Shown here one piece after another: positions 50,982 to 60,399 of a stretch of 64,000 nt of DNA. The DNA comes from Acidobacteriota bacterium. Its GTDB lineage: Bacteria > Acidobacteriota > UBA890 > WLXD01. The stretch is taken from assembly GCA_963666055.2 (NCBI GenBank), contig CAXWPH010000002.1, forward strand, positions 115,427 through 179,426, in the 5' to 3' direction. Made by a program: the position numbers and the translations under genes. The notes below the pieces were generated by a model. It ran no database searches. It was not told where the DNA came from and saw only the letters and a program-made list of their open reading frames with translations. Numbering within the stretch: the stretch's first letter is position 1; every line of letters begins with the position of its first letter.

Positions 50982-53900
50982 CTACTGCGACACGACCACG
51001 GCAGGTACGTTGGCGCCCTTGACCATGGTGTTAAACGCCGTCAGGTCCTTGTCGATGATCGCTTGTAGCTGACCCATGAGGTCGGTGAGCTGGGGCTTCA
51101 GGTCATCGAAGCGCTCGTAGGCTCCGTCGGTGGGACGGTTGTTGCCACCACCGAAGCCACCCAGGGCGTAGCCGTAGACGTTGACGATCTGGTTATCGAG
51201 CATCGGCGGGAAGTTGAGCGGGTCTTGGCTCGACCGGCTCTTGACTTGAGTGATCTTCTCCTCGATTACCGTCAGCTTGTCGGCCATGGTCTTTTGGGCG
51301 GTGGTGATCTGCTGGTTGTCGATACCGGCCCTACCCATCTGGGCAATGACCTCGGCGCTCTGCTTCTTGATGTCGCGGAGCCTCTGCAGTGCATCGTACA
51401 TCTCACCGATGGCGTCGCCGACCTCGCCGAGAAACTCGTGCTGCAGGCGCAGATCCTCGGCGGTCACACCCGGCTTGGGATTGATGTCGACGACGATCTG
51501 TTGCTCCTGGCTCCAGTCGCCGCGTGTCAGGCGGACGGTGTACGTGCCGGGCAGAACCGGCCGGCCGGGTGCAGAGCCCCACAACGTCACGTCGTCGGGA
51601 ATATCCGGCTCTTCCTCGCGTAGGCGCCAGGTGAACGTGTTCAGCCCCGGCTTCGCGGTGAGCGTGGCGGGGCCGTCGCCGAACTGGGCCGCGAACCCGC
51701 CACCGCCGGACCCCGGTGCAACATCGTCGTCAGGGTTGCCCGTGATCTCCTTTATGACCTCGCCGTCGCCGCCGACGATGGATAGCTTGATCTCGTCTTG
51801 CGGCTCTTGGTCGAGGTAGTAGCGGATGCGGGTGGGGCCAAAGTTGCCCGCCCGGTAGGCGTGGCGCGGCGGGAACAGGTAGTTGCCCGACGCTGCCATC
51901 GCCCCGTCCAAGTCGCGCAGCATGGTCATGTCGTCGAGGATCCAGAAGCCGCGACCCTGGGTCGACACCACCAAGTCTCCTCGATGGACTCGCAGGTCGG
52001 TGACCGGTGTCACCGGCAAGTTGAGCTGGAGCTCCTGCCAGTGGGTGCCGTCGTCGAACGAGGCGTACATGCCGTACTCGGTGCCGGCGAAAATCAGCCC
52101 TTGCTGCTCAGGGTCCTCGCGCACGGCGCGCACGAAGTTGGTGGCGGGAATGCCGTTGCTCCCATCGGTCAATAGCCGCCAACGGTCACCGTAGTTGCTG
52201 GTCTGGAAGATGTACGGTCGAAAGTCGCCCTCGCGGTATCGGTATACAGCGACGTGGGCGCGGCCGGGGTCGTGCGCCGACAGGTCGATGACGTTGACCG
52301 TCCCGCCGGCAGGCATGTCGCGGGGAGTGATGTCGGTCCAGCTGCCACCGTTGTTGCGCGACACGTGGATCTTGCCGTCGTCGGAGCCCGCCCACAAAAG
52401 CCCTTCAGTGTGGGGCGATTCCTCGAACGCGAAGATGGTGTTGTAAACCTCGACGCCGGTCGAGTCGTGGCTGATCGGGCCGCCGGCGTAGTCCTGAGTC
52501 TCGGGGTTGTCGGTGGTCAGGTCGGGGCTGATCACCTCCCAGCTTTGGCCGCCGTCGCCGGTGCGGTGCACTACCTGGGAGGTGTGGTAAACAACGTCGG
52601 GGTCGTGCGGCGAGATGCGGATGGGTGCGTTCCACTGGAAGCGATACTCGAGGTCGCGCGGTGCCTGGCCCAGCTGCAGTTGTGGGTAGGCGAGTATCTG
52701 ACGCGAGGAACCGGCATCGCGATCGACGCGTGAGATCGCCCCACCGTAACAACCTGCGTAGACTACCGAGTTGTCGCGTGGGTCGATGGCGATATGGCCG
52801 GACTCACAGCCGCCCACCGCATACCAATCCGGGAATACGCGGTTACGGCCAGTGAAGCTCGGCACCGAGATCGTGCTGTTGTCCTGCTGCGGGCCGTAGA
52901 TGCGGTACGGCCAGTCGTCGTCAACGAAAACGCGGTAGATCTCCGCGGTAGGCTGGTTCATCTGTGACGACCATGATTCGCCGCCGTTGAACGATACGTT
53001 GGCGCCGCCGTCGTTGGCGTTGATCATGATCTGCGGCGAGCCCGGGTTGATCCAGAGGTCGTGGTTGTCGCCGTGCGGCACGTCGATCTGCTGGTCGAAT
53101 TCGACCCCCCCGTCGATCGATCGGTATAGGCCGGTGTTGAGAGCGTAGACGGTGTTCTCGTCCTTGGGATCGGCGTAAATGTGAGTGTAGTACCAGGGCC
53201 GCTGGCGTAGGTTGGCGGCGCTGTTGATGCGGCTCCAGTTGGCGCCGGCGTCGTCGGAGCGATACACACCGCCGCGCTCCCCCTCGCCCTCGATCAGCGC
53301 CCAGAGCCGGTCGGAGTTGGCCGCCGAGACGGTCACGTCGATCTTGCCGAGCAGCCCGGTCGGGAGGCCGCCGGCGAGCGGGTTCCAGGTATCGCCACCA
53401 TCGGTGCTCTTCCAGATCCCGCCCTTGTCGTTGCCCGAGATCAGCGTCCAGGGCTTGCGCTCTACGCGCCAGGCGGCGGCATACAGGATGCGCGGGTTGT
53501 TGACGTTCATGGCGACCTGGTTGAAGCCGGTGGCCTCGTCGATGTAGAGGACCTTCTCCCAGCTGTCGCCACCGTCGGTGGTGCGGAAGACGCCGCGGTC
53601 CTCGTTGGGTCCGAAGATGTGCCCGAGCGCCGCCACGTAGACGACGTCAGGGTTGTCCGGATGGACGCGGATCTTGGGGATCTGGCCGGCGTGGTCGAGA
53701 CCGATGTGGGTCCAGGTCTTGCCGGCATCGGTCGATCGATAGATGCCGTCTCCGTTGGAGATGTTGCCGCGCGGACACCCCGAGCCGGTGCCCGCGTAGA
53801 GGACGTTGGGATCGGAGGGCGCCACGGCGATCGCGCCGATGGCACCGACGCCGAAGAACCCGTCGCTGATGTTGTTCCAATTGTTGCCGGCATCGCTGGT

Positions 53901-54173
53901 CTTCCAAACGCCGCCGCCGGTGCTGCCGAAGTAGTAGGTCAGCGGGTCACCGATGACGCCGGTTACCGCCGTCGATCGACCACCGCGCGAGAAACGCGAC
54001 GAGCGGTATTCCAGGCCCTCGAAGTACAGCGGGTCGACCGTAACGTTGGTTGCATCCTCTTGCAGGTCACGGCGACTCCCCTGGGCGAATGCGGCTGCGG
54101 TCGGCAGCGTGATGACTGCTACGAGCAAGAGGATCGCGAACGAGACACCGGTGATACGCCGATCAGGCTGCAT
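50982..54173 (-). CDS. large secreted BNR/Asp-box (sortilin/VPS10-like) beta-propeller protein
   Basis: At least 10 Asp-box repeats (SxDxGxxW: TSDAGNNW, STDAGKTW, TTDGGDSW, STDGGDTW, SDDAGANW, TGDGGQSW and others). Start set at ATG 54173 (MQPDRRITGVSFAILLLVAV signal). Confidence 0.85.
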   Translation of the reverse strand: MQPDRRITGVSFAILLLVAVITLPTAAAFAQGSRRDLQEDATNVTVDPLYFEGLEYRSSRFSRGGRSTAVTGVIGDPLTYYFGSTGGGVWKTSDAGNNWNNISDGFFGVGAIGAIAVAPSDPNVLYAGTGSGCPRGNISNGDGIYRSTDAGKTWTHIGLDHAGQIPKIRVHPDNPDVVYVAALGHIFGPNEDRGVFRTTDGGDSWEKVLYIDEATGFNQVAMNVNNPRILYAAAWRVERKPWTLISGNDKGGIWKSTDGGDTWNPLAGGLPTGLLGKIDVTVSAANSDRLWALIEGEGERGGVYRSDDAGANWSRINSAANLRQRPWYYTHIYADPKDENTVYALNTGLYRSIDGGVEFDQQIDVPHGDNHDLWINPGSPQIMINANDGGANVSFNGGESWSSQMNQPTAEIYRVFVDDDWPYRIYGPQQDNSTISVPSFTGRNRVFPDWYAVGGCESGHIAIDPRDNSVVYAGCYGGAISRVDRDAGSSRQILAYPQLQLGQAPRDLEYRFQWNAPIRISPHDPDVVYHTSQVVHRTGDGGQSWEVISPDLTTDNPETQDYAGGPISHDSTGVEVYNTIFAFEESPHTEGLLWAGSDDGKIHVSRNNGGSWTDITPRDMPAGGTVNVIDLSAHDPGRAHVAVYRYREGDFRPYIFQTSNYGDRWRLLTDGSNGIPATNFVRAVREDPEQQGLIFAGTEYGMYASFDDGTHWQELQLNLPVTPVTDLRVHRGDLVVSTQGRGFWILDDMTMLRDLDGAMAASGNYLFPPRHAYRAGNFGPTRIRYYLDQEPQDEIKLSIVGGDGEVIKEITGNPDDDVAPGSGGGGFAAQFGDGPATLTAKPGLNTFTWRLREEEPDIPDDVTLWGSAPGRPVLPGTYTVRLTRGDWSQEQQIVVDINPKPGVTAEDLRLQHEFLGEVGDAIGEMYDALQRLRDIKKQSAEVIAQMGRAGIDNQQITTAQKTMADKLTVIEEKITQVKSRSSQDPLNFPPMLDNQIVNVYGYALGGFGGGNNRPTDGAYERFDDLKPQLTDLMGQLQAIIDKDLTAFNTMVKGANVPAVVVSQ

Positions 54174-54388
54174 GGCGGTTCTCCTCGGATGATGACGCCG
54201 GGTCCCGCTCCGAGTGCTCGCGCCGCGGCGGCGGAGCGGCCGCTCGGTGCCCACGCGCCGGTGCCAGGTGCTGGCCGCGCCAAGTGAACCGAGAAAGGCT
54301 CAGGTGGTCAAGCCCGCGGCGCTGAGCGGACCTGCGGCGTGTCGAATCAGTGCAGATCGCACCACTTCGGCAGAATTGGCGGCGAGGC

Positions 54389-55753
54389 TCAGACGCTCCT
54401 GCGGCCGTAGCCCCCGAACACCGCCATCAGCACGATCGACAGCAGCAGCCACGAGTGCAGGTTGGCCATGCCGACTTGCATGGCACCCAGTCGCGGCATC
54501 CCGGTTGCCGAACCGGAAGCGGTCAGCGAAGCGGCGAGAATGGTAGGGATGAACCATGGGAGCAGAAACGGGTAGGTGCATACGGTGGTGTCGAGCAGGT
54601 TGGCACGGCGCGTCGGTCCGACGCCGAGTTGCTCGCCGGTCTGGCGGGCGAACGCTCCCACCGCCAGAATCGCGACGACGGAATGTGTGGTCAGCATGAC
54701 GGCGCCGGACACCGCTGCGAAGATCCAGACCTCTGCGCCGCGCTCCGATCGCACCGATCGACGCGTTGTACGCACCAGGCGATCGAGCAAACCGCTGGCC
54801 TCGATACCGGCTACCAGTCCCATCAACAGCAGCGTGAAGATCGAGATGCCGAGGGCTCGTTCGATGCCTTCTACGACCAGCCCGCGTGCCGCGAAGGCTC
54901 CAGGCTCGATTCGAAGTACGTCGCTTGGCTGGATCAACCCTCCGATCCAGCCTACCGCCAACGCTACGGCGATCCCCGCCAGCAAGCCCTCCACCAGATG
55001 GTGCCGCCGTAGCAGCATGACGAACACGAGAGCCGGAGCGACGAGCAACGCCAGCGGCGCGGCACTGCCGGTGGCCTCCGACGTGATCGGGAGACTGTCG
55101 CCGCCGCCGAGTACCGTGTACCCGAGCAGCGCGATCCCGGCGGCGGGAAGGGCGTAGCGCAAGCGTGACCGCACCACCTCGCCGATCGGCGCTCCCTGTG
55201 TGGTGGCCGAGGCGATGGTCGTATCGGAGACGGGAGAGATGTTGTCGCCGAATGTCGCACCGCCGATGATCGCGCCGGCGAGGATCACAGGGTCGGTTCC
55301 CAGCGCCGCTCCGGCCGGGTAGAGCACCGGAAGACACAAGATCAACGTCCCCAGGCTGGTACCCGTCGAGGCGGAGAACAGGCAGCAGACGAGAAACGCT
55401 GCCGCCGCATAGCCACCGCCGTGCAGCCCACTCGCCTGCGCTGCCCCAGCGAGCGCGTTTACCAAGCCGCCGCCGGTGAGCAGTGCGCCGAGGATTCCGG
55501 CGAGCATCCACGCCATCAGCATGAGCATGACGATCGGTTGGCTCATCCCGCGCAGCAACGTGTTGCAATACCGCTCGCGGTCGCGGGCCAGCAGCAGAGC
55601 CACCAGAATGGCGGCGATCAGCACTGGCCACAGGCCGCGCTCATCCGGTGCTCCGGAGAGCCCCAGCCAGGTGACACCGGCGATGAACATTACGAACGGC
55701 GCCAGCGCTGCGGCACTGCCGCCGAAGAACCCGAGTGGACGCGCTTCTTGCAT
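54389..55753 (-). CDS. Na+/H+ antiporter NhaC-family transporter
   Basis: 454 aa, about 11-12 TM. GGATFGDNISPVSDTTI motif. Confidence 0.8.
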   Translation of the reverse strand: MQEARPLGFFGGSAAALAPFVMFIAGVTWLGLSGAPDERGLWPVLIAAILVALLLARDRERYCNTLLRGMSQPIVMLMLMAWMLAGILGALLTGGGLVNALAGAAQASGLHGGGYAAAAFLVCCLFSASTGTSLGTLILCLPVLYPAGAALGTDPVILAGAIIGGATFGDNISPVSDTTIASATTQGAPIGEVVRSRLRYALPAAGIALLGYTVLGGGDSLPITSEATGSAAPLALLVAPALVFVMLLRRHHLVEGLLAGIAVALAVGWIGGLIQPSDVLRIEPGAFAARGLVVEGIERALGISIFTLLLMGLVAGIEASGLLDRLVRTTRRSVRSERGAEVWIFAAVSGAVMLTTHSVVAILAVGAFARQTGEQLGVGPTRRANLLDTTVCTYPFLLPWFIPTILAASLTASGSATGMPRLGAMQVGMANLHSWLLLSIVLMAVFGGYGRRSV

Positions 55754-55768
55754 CTACGCTCCCGGCAG

Positions 55769-55805
55769 CGTAACCAGACCCATCAGAATTCCCGGTGGCC
55801 TGCCA
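55769..55805. repeat. degenerate half copy of the CTAG-bounded repeat
   Basis: GTAACCAGACCCAtCAgaattcccggtGGCCTGCcAG versus the unit sequence GTAACCAGACCCAcCAcactttcaccacGGCCTGCtAG (13-nt identical run plus matching terminus). Confidence 0.35.
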
Positions 55806-55839
55806 GGGACCAACCTTATCGGAAGCGGGAGAGGTCAGC

Positions 55840-56184
55840 ATGAATGAACACGACGACGAGTTCACCCTGTACGACCTACGTGTCGAGGTGGTTGCAGGAG
55901 ACCGCCCGATGGTCTGCGCTCATCGGGAAGGCGACTATTTCGAGCTGCGCGGCGAGAACCTGTCGTTTCCAGCGGGTCAGACGTTCCCGATATACCCGCT
56001 GGCCGCTTTGCTGCCGTTGCTGCCGGCCAAGCAGCGCGAAACGCATCCACACGACTGGATGACCACCGACATGGAGGTCGCCTGCCCGGATCCTCTTTGC
56101 GGCGGACGCTTCCGCATCACCCGCCGGGGTCGCACCACCTTCCGTCATCAGGACGTGACTGCGGTGCGGCTGCCTAAGGAGTGA
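55840..56184 (+). CDS. TIGR04076-like small Cys-containing protein
   Basis: C..REGDYFEL....FPIYPLAALLPLLPA...ACPDPLCGGRFRI pattern, recalled from the TIGR04076 family. GGGAGAGG upstream. Confidence 0.55.
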   Translation: MNEHDDEFTLYDLRVEVVAGDRPMVCAHREGDYFELRGENLSFPAGQTFPIYPLAALLPLLPAKQRETHPHDWMTTDMEVACPDPLCGGRFRITRRGRTTFRHQDVTAVRLPKE

Positions 56185-56191
56185 CGCTGGC

Positions 56192-57241
56192 GTGAGGAGC
56201 CGACAAATGGAGATCACCCCCGGGTATACGGTGCCGCCGATCATTGTTGGGCTCTGGCAGCTTTCAGCCGGACATGCTCGGGGCGGCGCCGAGGATCGAT
56301 CCCGGGTGCTCGCTGGTCTGGAGCGGTTTGTCGAGGCCGGACTGTGCACGTTCGATTGCGCCGACATCTATACCGGTGTGGAGGAGTTGTTGGGGGACCT
56401 TCGCAGAAGGTTGTCGGGCGGTGCCGCGCGGCTTCGCGTGCATACGAAGTTCGTGCCCGATCGTGATGCCCTCGCAACGATCAACCGCGGCTACGTGGCG
56501 CATGTCATCGATCGTTCGCTCCGCCGGCTCGGAGTCGAGCGCCTCGATATGGTGCAGTTCTACTGGTGGGACGACGACGTTTCGGGGTACCTCGATACGG
56601 CTGGTTGGTTGTGCGATTTTCAGCGCGCCGGAAAGATCCGCCTGATCGCGGCCACTAACCTGGATGTCGCCCACTTGAGCGAGCTCGCCGACGCCGGCAT
56701 CCACCTGGTGAGCAACCAGGTGCAGTACTCGCTGCTCGACCGCCGCCCAGAACACGCGTTGGCCGACTACTGCGCGACGAACGACGCGTATTTGCTTTGC
56801 TATGGCACCGTCGCAGGTGGTTTCCTGTCGAATCGCTGGCTGGGCAGTCCAGAGCCGCACGCCCCGTGGGCCAATCGGTCGCTGCAGAAGTACCGGCTCA
56901 TCGTCGACGAATTCGGCGGCTGGGACGCTTTGCAGAAGCTGTTGCGGGTGCTTGCCGATATCGGCGCGCGTCACCAGGCAACGGTTGCCAACGTCGCGAC
57001 ACGATGGGTTCTAGGGCGCGCAGGAGTCGCGGCAGCGATCGTCGGTGCGCGTAACGCCGATTACCTGGACGAAATGACGCGGACCCTTGAGCTCACGCTC
57101 GACGCTGAAGATTACTCGCGCATCGACGACGTACTGGTTCGGCAACCCGGTCCCGACGGCGATGTGTTCTCGCTCGAGCGCAACTCCGAGAGCCCGCACG
57201 CGGCCATCATGCGCACCAATCTGAGCCGCGAATCGGGTTGA
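56192..57241 (+). CDS. aldo/keto reductase
   Basis: FDCADIYTG, LDMVQFYWWD and NQVQYSLLDRR motifs. The start could be ATG 56207. Confidence 0.9.
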   Translation: MRSRQMEITPGYTVPPIIVGLWQLSAGHARGGAEDRSRVLAGLERFVEAGLCTFDCADIYTGVEELLGDLRRRLSGGAARLRVHTKFVPDRDALATINRGYVAHVIDRSLRRLGVERLDMVQFYWWDDDVSGYLDTAGWLCDFQRAGKIRLIAATNLDVAHLSELADAGIHLVSNQVQYSLLDRRPEHALADYCATNDAYLLCYGTVAGGFLSNRWLGSPEPHAPWANRSLQKYRLIVDEFGGWDALQKLLRVLADIGARHQATVANVATRWVLGRAGVAAAIVGARNADYLDEMTRTLELTLDAEDYSRIDDVLVRQPGPDGDVFSLERNSESPHAAIMRTNLSRESG

Positions 57242-57338
57242 ACCCCGGCGTGAAGCGGCTACGATACGGAGCTGGGTGTGGAGACCGAGGGTGATATCCA
57301 CACGGCACGCGCCGGTTTCCTCACATGAGGGCAGGTAC

Positions 57339-58094
57339 ATGAACGGCGACATCAGAGTGGTCACGTTCGACGCTCGCGGCACGCTCTTGAAGGTGCGATT
57401 CTCGGTCGGCGAGACGTACAGCGCTGTGGCCAGGCGGCACGGCGCTGACCTGTCGACCACTGCGATCGAGGCGGCGTTCTTTGCGGTGTTTCCCAGCATG
57501 CCGCCGCTGGCCTTCCCACCCATGCACGATGAGCAGCTGCGCGAGCGTGAGCATCAGTGGTGGCGGACTCTGGTGGAGCGGGTCGTCGAATCCGCCGATC
57601 AGCAGGTCGACGACTTCGACGAGTTCTTCGCCGAGCTGTATTCGCTATACCGTGGCGCCGAGGGTTGGAAGCCATATCGTGAGGCGGCATCAGTGCTGTG
57701 CTTGCTGCGCTCGGCCGGCTACAAGCTGGGCGTCGTGTCCAACTTCGACTCGCGCATCGAGGATGTGTTGTTGGCGCTGAACATGAGCATCTGGTTCGAC
57801 TCGGTGGTGTTCTCCTCGCGCGCCGGTGTCGCCAAGCCGGGTGTCGGGATCTTCCGGCGGGCTCTGGCCGAGCTCGATGTAAAGGCGGAGCACGCGTTGC
57901 ATGTCGGCGACAGCCTCCGTAAGGACTGGGAAGGCGCCCGCAACGTCGGAATGAAGGCCATCCTGCTCGATCGCACCGCTCGTTACGCCGCCAACACGCC
58001 CTCGGATTGCGATGTGGTCCCCAGCCTCGAGGCAGTGCTCGAACGCCTCGGCGTGGCTGGCTTTTCCGAGTTGGCGCGCGCCCACGCCAGCTAG
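57339..58094 (+). CDS. HAD-superfamily hydrolase (subfamily IA)
   Basis: VVTFDARGTLL motif I, VVSNFD motif II and HVGDSLRKD motif IV. Confidence 0.85.
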   Translation: MNGDIRVVTFDARGTLLKVRFSVGETYSAVARRHGADLSTTAIEAAFFAVFPSMPPLAFPPMHDEQLREREHQWWRTLVERVVESADQQVDDFDEFFAELYSLYRGAEGWKPYREAASVLCLLRSAGYKLGVVSNFDSRIEDVLLALNMSIWFDSVVFSSRAGVAKPGVGIFRRALAELDVKAEHALHVGDSLRKDWEGARNVGMKAILLDRTARYAANTPSDCDVVPSLEAVLERLGVAGFSELARAHAS

Positions 58095-58107
58095 CAGGCC
58101 GTGGTGG
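58091..58107. repeat. terminal remnant of the CTAG-bounded repeat
   Basis: CTAGCAGGCCGTGGTGG: the first 16 nt are identical to the family terminus. Its TAG (58092-58094) is the HAD stop codon. The convergent gene stops at 58110. Confidence 0.4.
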
Positions 58108-58109
58108 CT

Positions 58110-59030
58110 TCAGTCCCCGATGTCGTCTGACACGAGGGCGATCTGGTCACCCATCGGACTTACTGCCAGCCGCGTGATCGAGCTTATCCCCGCCGTCGAT
58201 AGATCCGCCGCCAGCGTCCAGGTGTCGTCCCGGAACGGGTCGCGCACGAACACCCGCGAGTCGGTAGCCATCAGCATGCGGCCGTCCGGAGTCCACGCCA
58301 GGTCCTGGCTCCCCGGCAAGGCGTCGACGAGCTCGAACACCGCTCCGTTGATTGGGTTCACCAGTCGGATCGCCCAGTGGTCGCCATCACGCTGCAGGAA
58401 GCTGAAGAAGTCAGGGTCGTGGCGCGCCTGCAGCGATCGGCCGATGTCCTGCGCCACCGTCGTGGTGGTATCCGTGCGGAGGTCGGCCAGCTGCAACGTC
58501 GGCGGCTCGCCGAGGATGAACAGAATCAACGAACCGTACCGGTTCCAGGAGTGGTAGCCGACCGGGGCAACGTCGGGGAGCAGCAGTCGCGGCGAGGTGC
58601 CGTCGCGACGGAATGTCCACAGTCGTTGAGTCCCGTCCGACTCGACTCGTACAACCGACATGTCTTCGTTGGCCGGCCATACGACGCTGGGCGAGTATTC
58701 CGACTCGGGGGTGGCGGTGATTTGTGTGTGCTCTCCCGACGACAGATCCACCCGGAAGATGTCGGTCTGCTCGCCGCGTTGCGACGTGTACAACAGGCCG
58801 TCGCCCTCGGGCTCGAAGTGGGGTTGGTTGTCGTAGCCCGGGCGGTTGGTGAGGTTGCGCGGAGCACCCAAGGTTGGCGGGCTCGACGCAAGATCCAGAT
58901 CGACGAGAAAGATATCGGTTCCCGGCGCCGCCTGCCTGGAACCCGGGACGGCTGCTGACAGCGTCGCGACACCCGCCAGCAGAATTATCAGCCTCGAGGC
59001 AACGGTCTGCAAAGCTTTCCTCCCGCGCAT
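58110..59030 (-). CDS. TolB-like/WD40-like beta-propeller protein, secreted
   Basis: Start set at ATG 59030 (MRGRKALQTVASRLIILLAGVATLSAAV). NRPGYDNQPHFEPEGDGLLYTS and ITATPESEYSPS blades. Confidence 0.7.
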   Translation of the reverse strand: MRGRKALQTVASRLIILLAGVATLSAAVPGSRQAAPGTDIFLVDLDLASSPPTLGAPRNLTNRPGYDNQPHFEPEGDGLLYTSQRGEQTDIFRVDLSSGEHTQITATPESEYSPSVVWPANEDMSVVRVESDGTQRLWTFRRDGTSPRLLLPDVAPVGYHSWNRYGSLILFILGEPPTLQLADLRTDTTTTVAQDIGRSLQARHDPDFFSFLQRDGDHWAIRLVNPINGAVFELVDALPGSQDLAWTPDGRMLMATDSRVFVRDPFRDDTWTLAADLSTAGISSITRLAVSPMGDQIALVSDDIGD

Positions 59031-59143
59031 GCGATGGTGTGGCGCAGAGAATACCGTGCCTTGCGCCCGCCGCGTCGATCCGCTTCTCTGTGTGCTGCTC
59101 ATAGTCATGTCCCCGCGGCAGCGGGCTGGATTGGAGAACCTCG

Positions 59144-59604
59144 ATGTCGTTGCTGGAGATGCTCGCGCAACAGGTGGGCGGAAACCTCGTAGCCGATCTT
59201 GCCCGTCAACTCGGATCGGACCAAGGCGCAACCGGAAACGCGGTGACCGCAGCTTTGCCGGCGCTGGCGGCGGCGATAGCATCCTCGGGCATGTGCTGGG
59301 AAGTCGGCGTGGCCCGATGGAGCAGAGTCTCAGTCGCTCCAGCGGCCTGGACGTGGGCACGATCACAAAGTTGTTGCCGTTGTTGGCGCCGATCGTGATG
59401 GGCATGCTGGGCAAGCAGCAACGTCAGCAAGGCCTGGACGCCGGCGGGCTGGCGGGAATGCTTTCCGGAGAGCAGGCACGTGTCGAGCGTCAAGCGCCCG
59501 GAATGCTGGGTAAGCTACTCGATGCCGACGGCGATGGCGACGCCACGGACGACGTCCTGCGGATGGGCGCCAGTCTGCTCGGAGGGCTCTTCGGCAAGAG
59601 GTGA
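59144..59604 (+). pseudogene. DUF937-like gene split over two reading frames (frameshift near 59255-59285)
   Basis: The N-terminal MSLLEMLAQQVGGNLVADLARQLGSDQGATGNAVTAALPALAAAIA reads in the frame of 59144. The C-terminal DSILGHVLGS...LLPLLAPIVMGMLGKQQRQQGLDAGG...LLDADGDGDATDDVLRMGASLLGGLFGKR reads in the frame of the 58846..59604 ORF. Confidence 0.6.
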
Positions 59605-59671
59605 GCTCGCGGCTCCGCGACCGGCTCCGACAGGGCTGGTATCCCGGCAATCGGTCCCCGGGGTCGAGGTG

Positions 59672-59989
59672 CTAGGTCGTGCCGTCGCCACCCAGGCAAG
59701 GCGGCGACTCGATGCGTGCGGCTTCGGTTTCGGCGAACTCCTCGGGAGTCAGCGTCTGGATCCCGAGCGCGTGGATGCCATCCTGCCGCTCGGCGTCAAG
59801 CAACTGGTAGATTCGCTGGTGACGTCGCACCCGCGTCTCGCCGTTGAACGCGGCCGACACTACGAAGACGCGAAAGTGGGTCTCCGATCCGGGTGCCACA
59901 TTGTGCATGCCGCTCTCGTTCACAACCTCGAGACGCTCGGGGTGGAGCGCGTCTTGTAGCTTGCTTTCAATTCGACTCTGCAATTGCAT
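59672..59989 (-). CDS. BolA-family protein
   Basis: LEVVNESGMHNV..GSETHFRVFVVSAAFNG...RRHQRIYQLL......IHALGIQTLTPEE. ATG 59989 is preferred over GTG 60007. Confidence 0.85.
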   Translation of the reverse strand: MQLQSRIESKLQDALHPERLEVVNESGMHNVAPGSETHFRVFVVSAAFNGETRVRRHQRIYQLLDAERQDGIHALGIQTLTPEEFAETEAARIESPPCLGGDGTT

Positions 59990-60042
59990 CAGGAGCACCT
60001 GCTTCACAGGGAGTGACTATTGTAGAGGCTCGGAGGTGGCGG

Positions 60043-60399
60043 ATGGGACGATCGATGCTGCGACGGGCGCTCCTGTCGATCTTGTTTGTCGCGGTCGGCT
60101 ACGCGGGCTTGTCGGGAGCCTCGTCGGCGGCGATCCAGGAACGTGTCGAGGGAGTGTGGGACGCACGAACCTACGTGCTTGCCGACGGCACCCTTCATTC
60201 GGTTGAGCTCAACCTGTCGGTTGGTGACGCCGTTCAGGGCCTGCCAGAGGCGCCGTTACGGATGATTGCCCGACACCCGGAGCAGGCGGTTCCCGAGACA
60301 GCTCGCGTGACGGTCGAAGGAGACGCTCTGACACTCCTGTTCCCGAGCGGCAACCGCCTCTACTTCGAGCCTGTGAAGCCGCCGTCGGGTCAACCATGA
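60043..60399 (+). CDS. small secreted hypothetical protein
   Basis: GGAGG lies 6 nt upstream of ATG 60043. Signal peptide MGRSMLRRALLSILFVAVGYAGLSGASSAA. Confidence 0.5.
   Translation: MGRSMLRRALLSILFVAVGYAGLSGASSAAIQERVEGVWDARTYVLADGTLHSVELNLSVGDAVQGLPEAPLRMIARHPEQAVPETARVTVEGDALTLLFPSGNRLYFEPVKPPSGQP

Noticed and set aside
57015-57025. CTAGGGCGCGC shared between the AKR coding sequence (57015-57025) and the stop region at 3205-3215
   Set aside because: The 11-nt identity with one copy inside a well-supported CDS frame is most simply coincidence. It is not counted as a repeat-family member.
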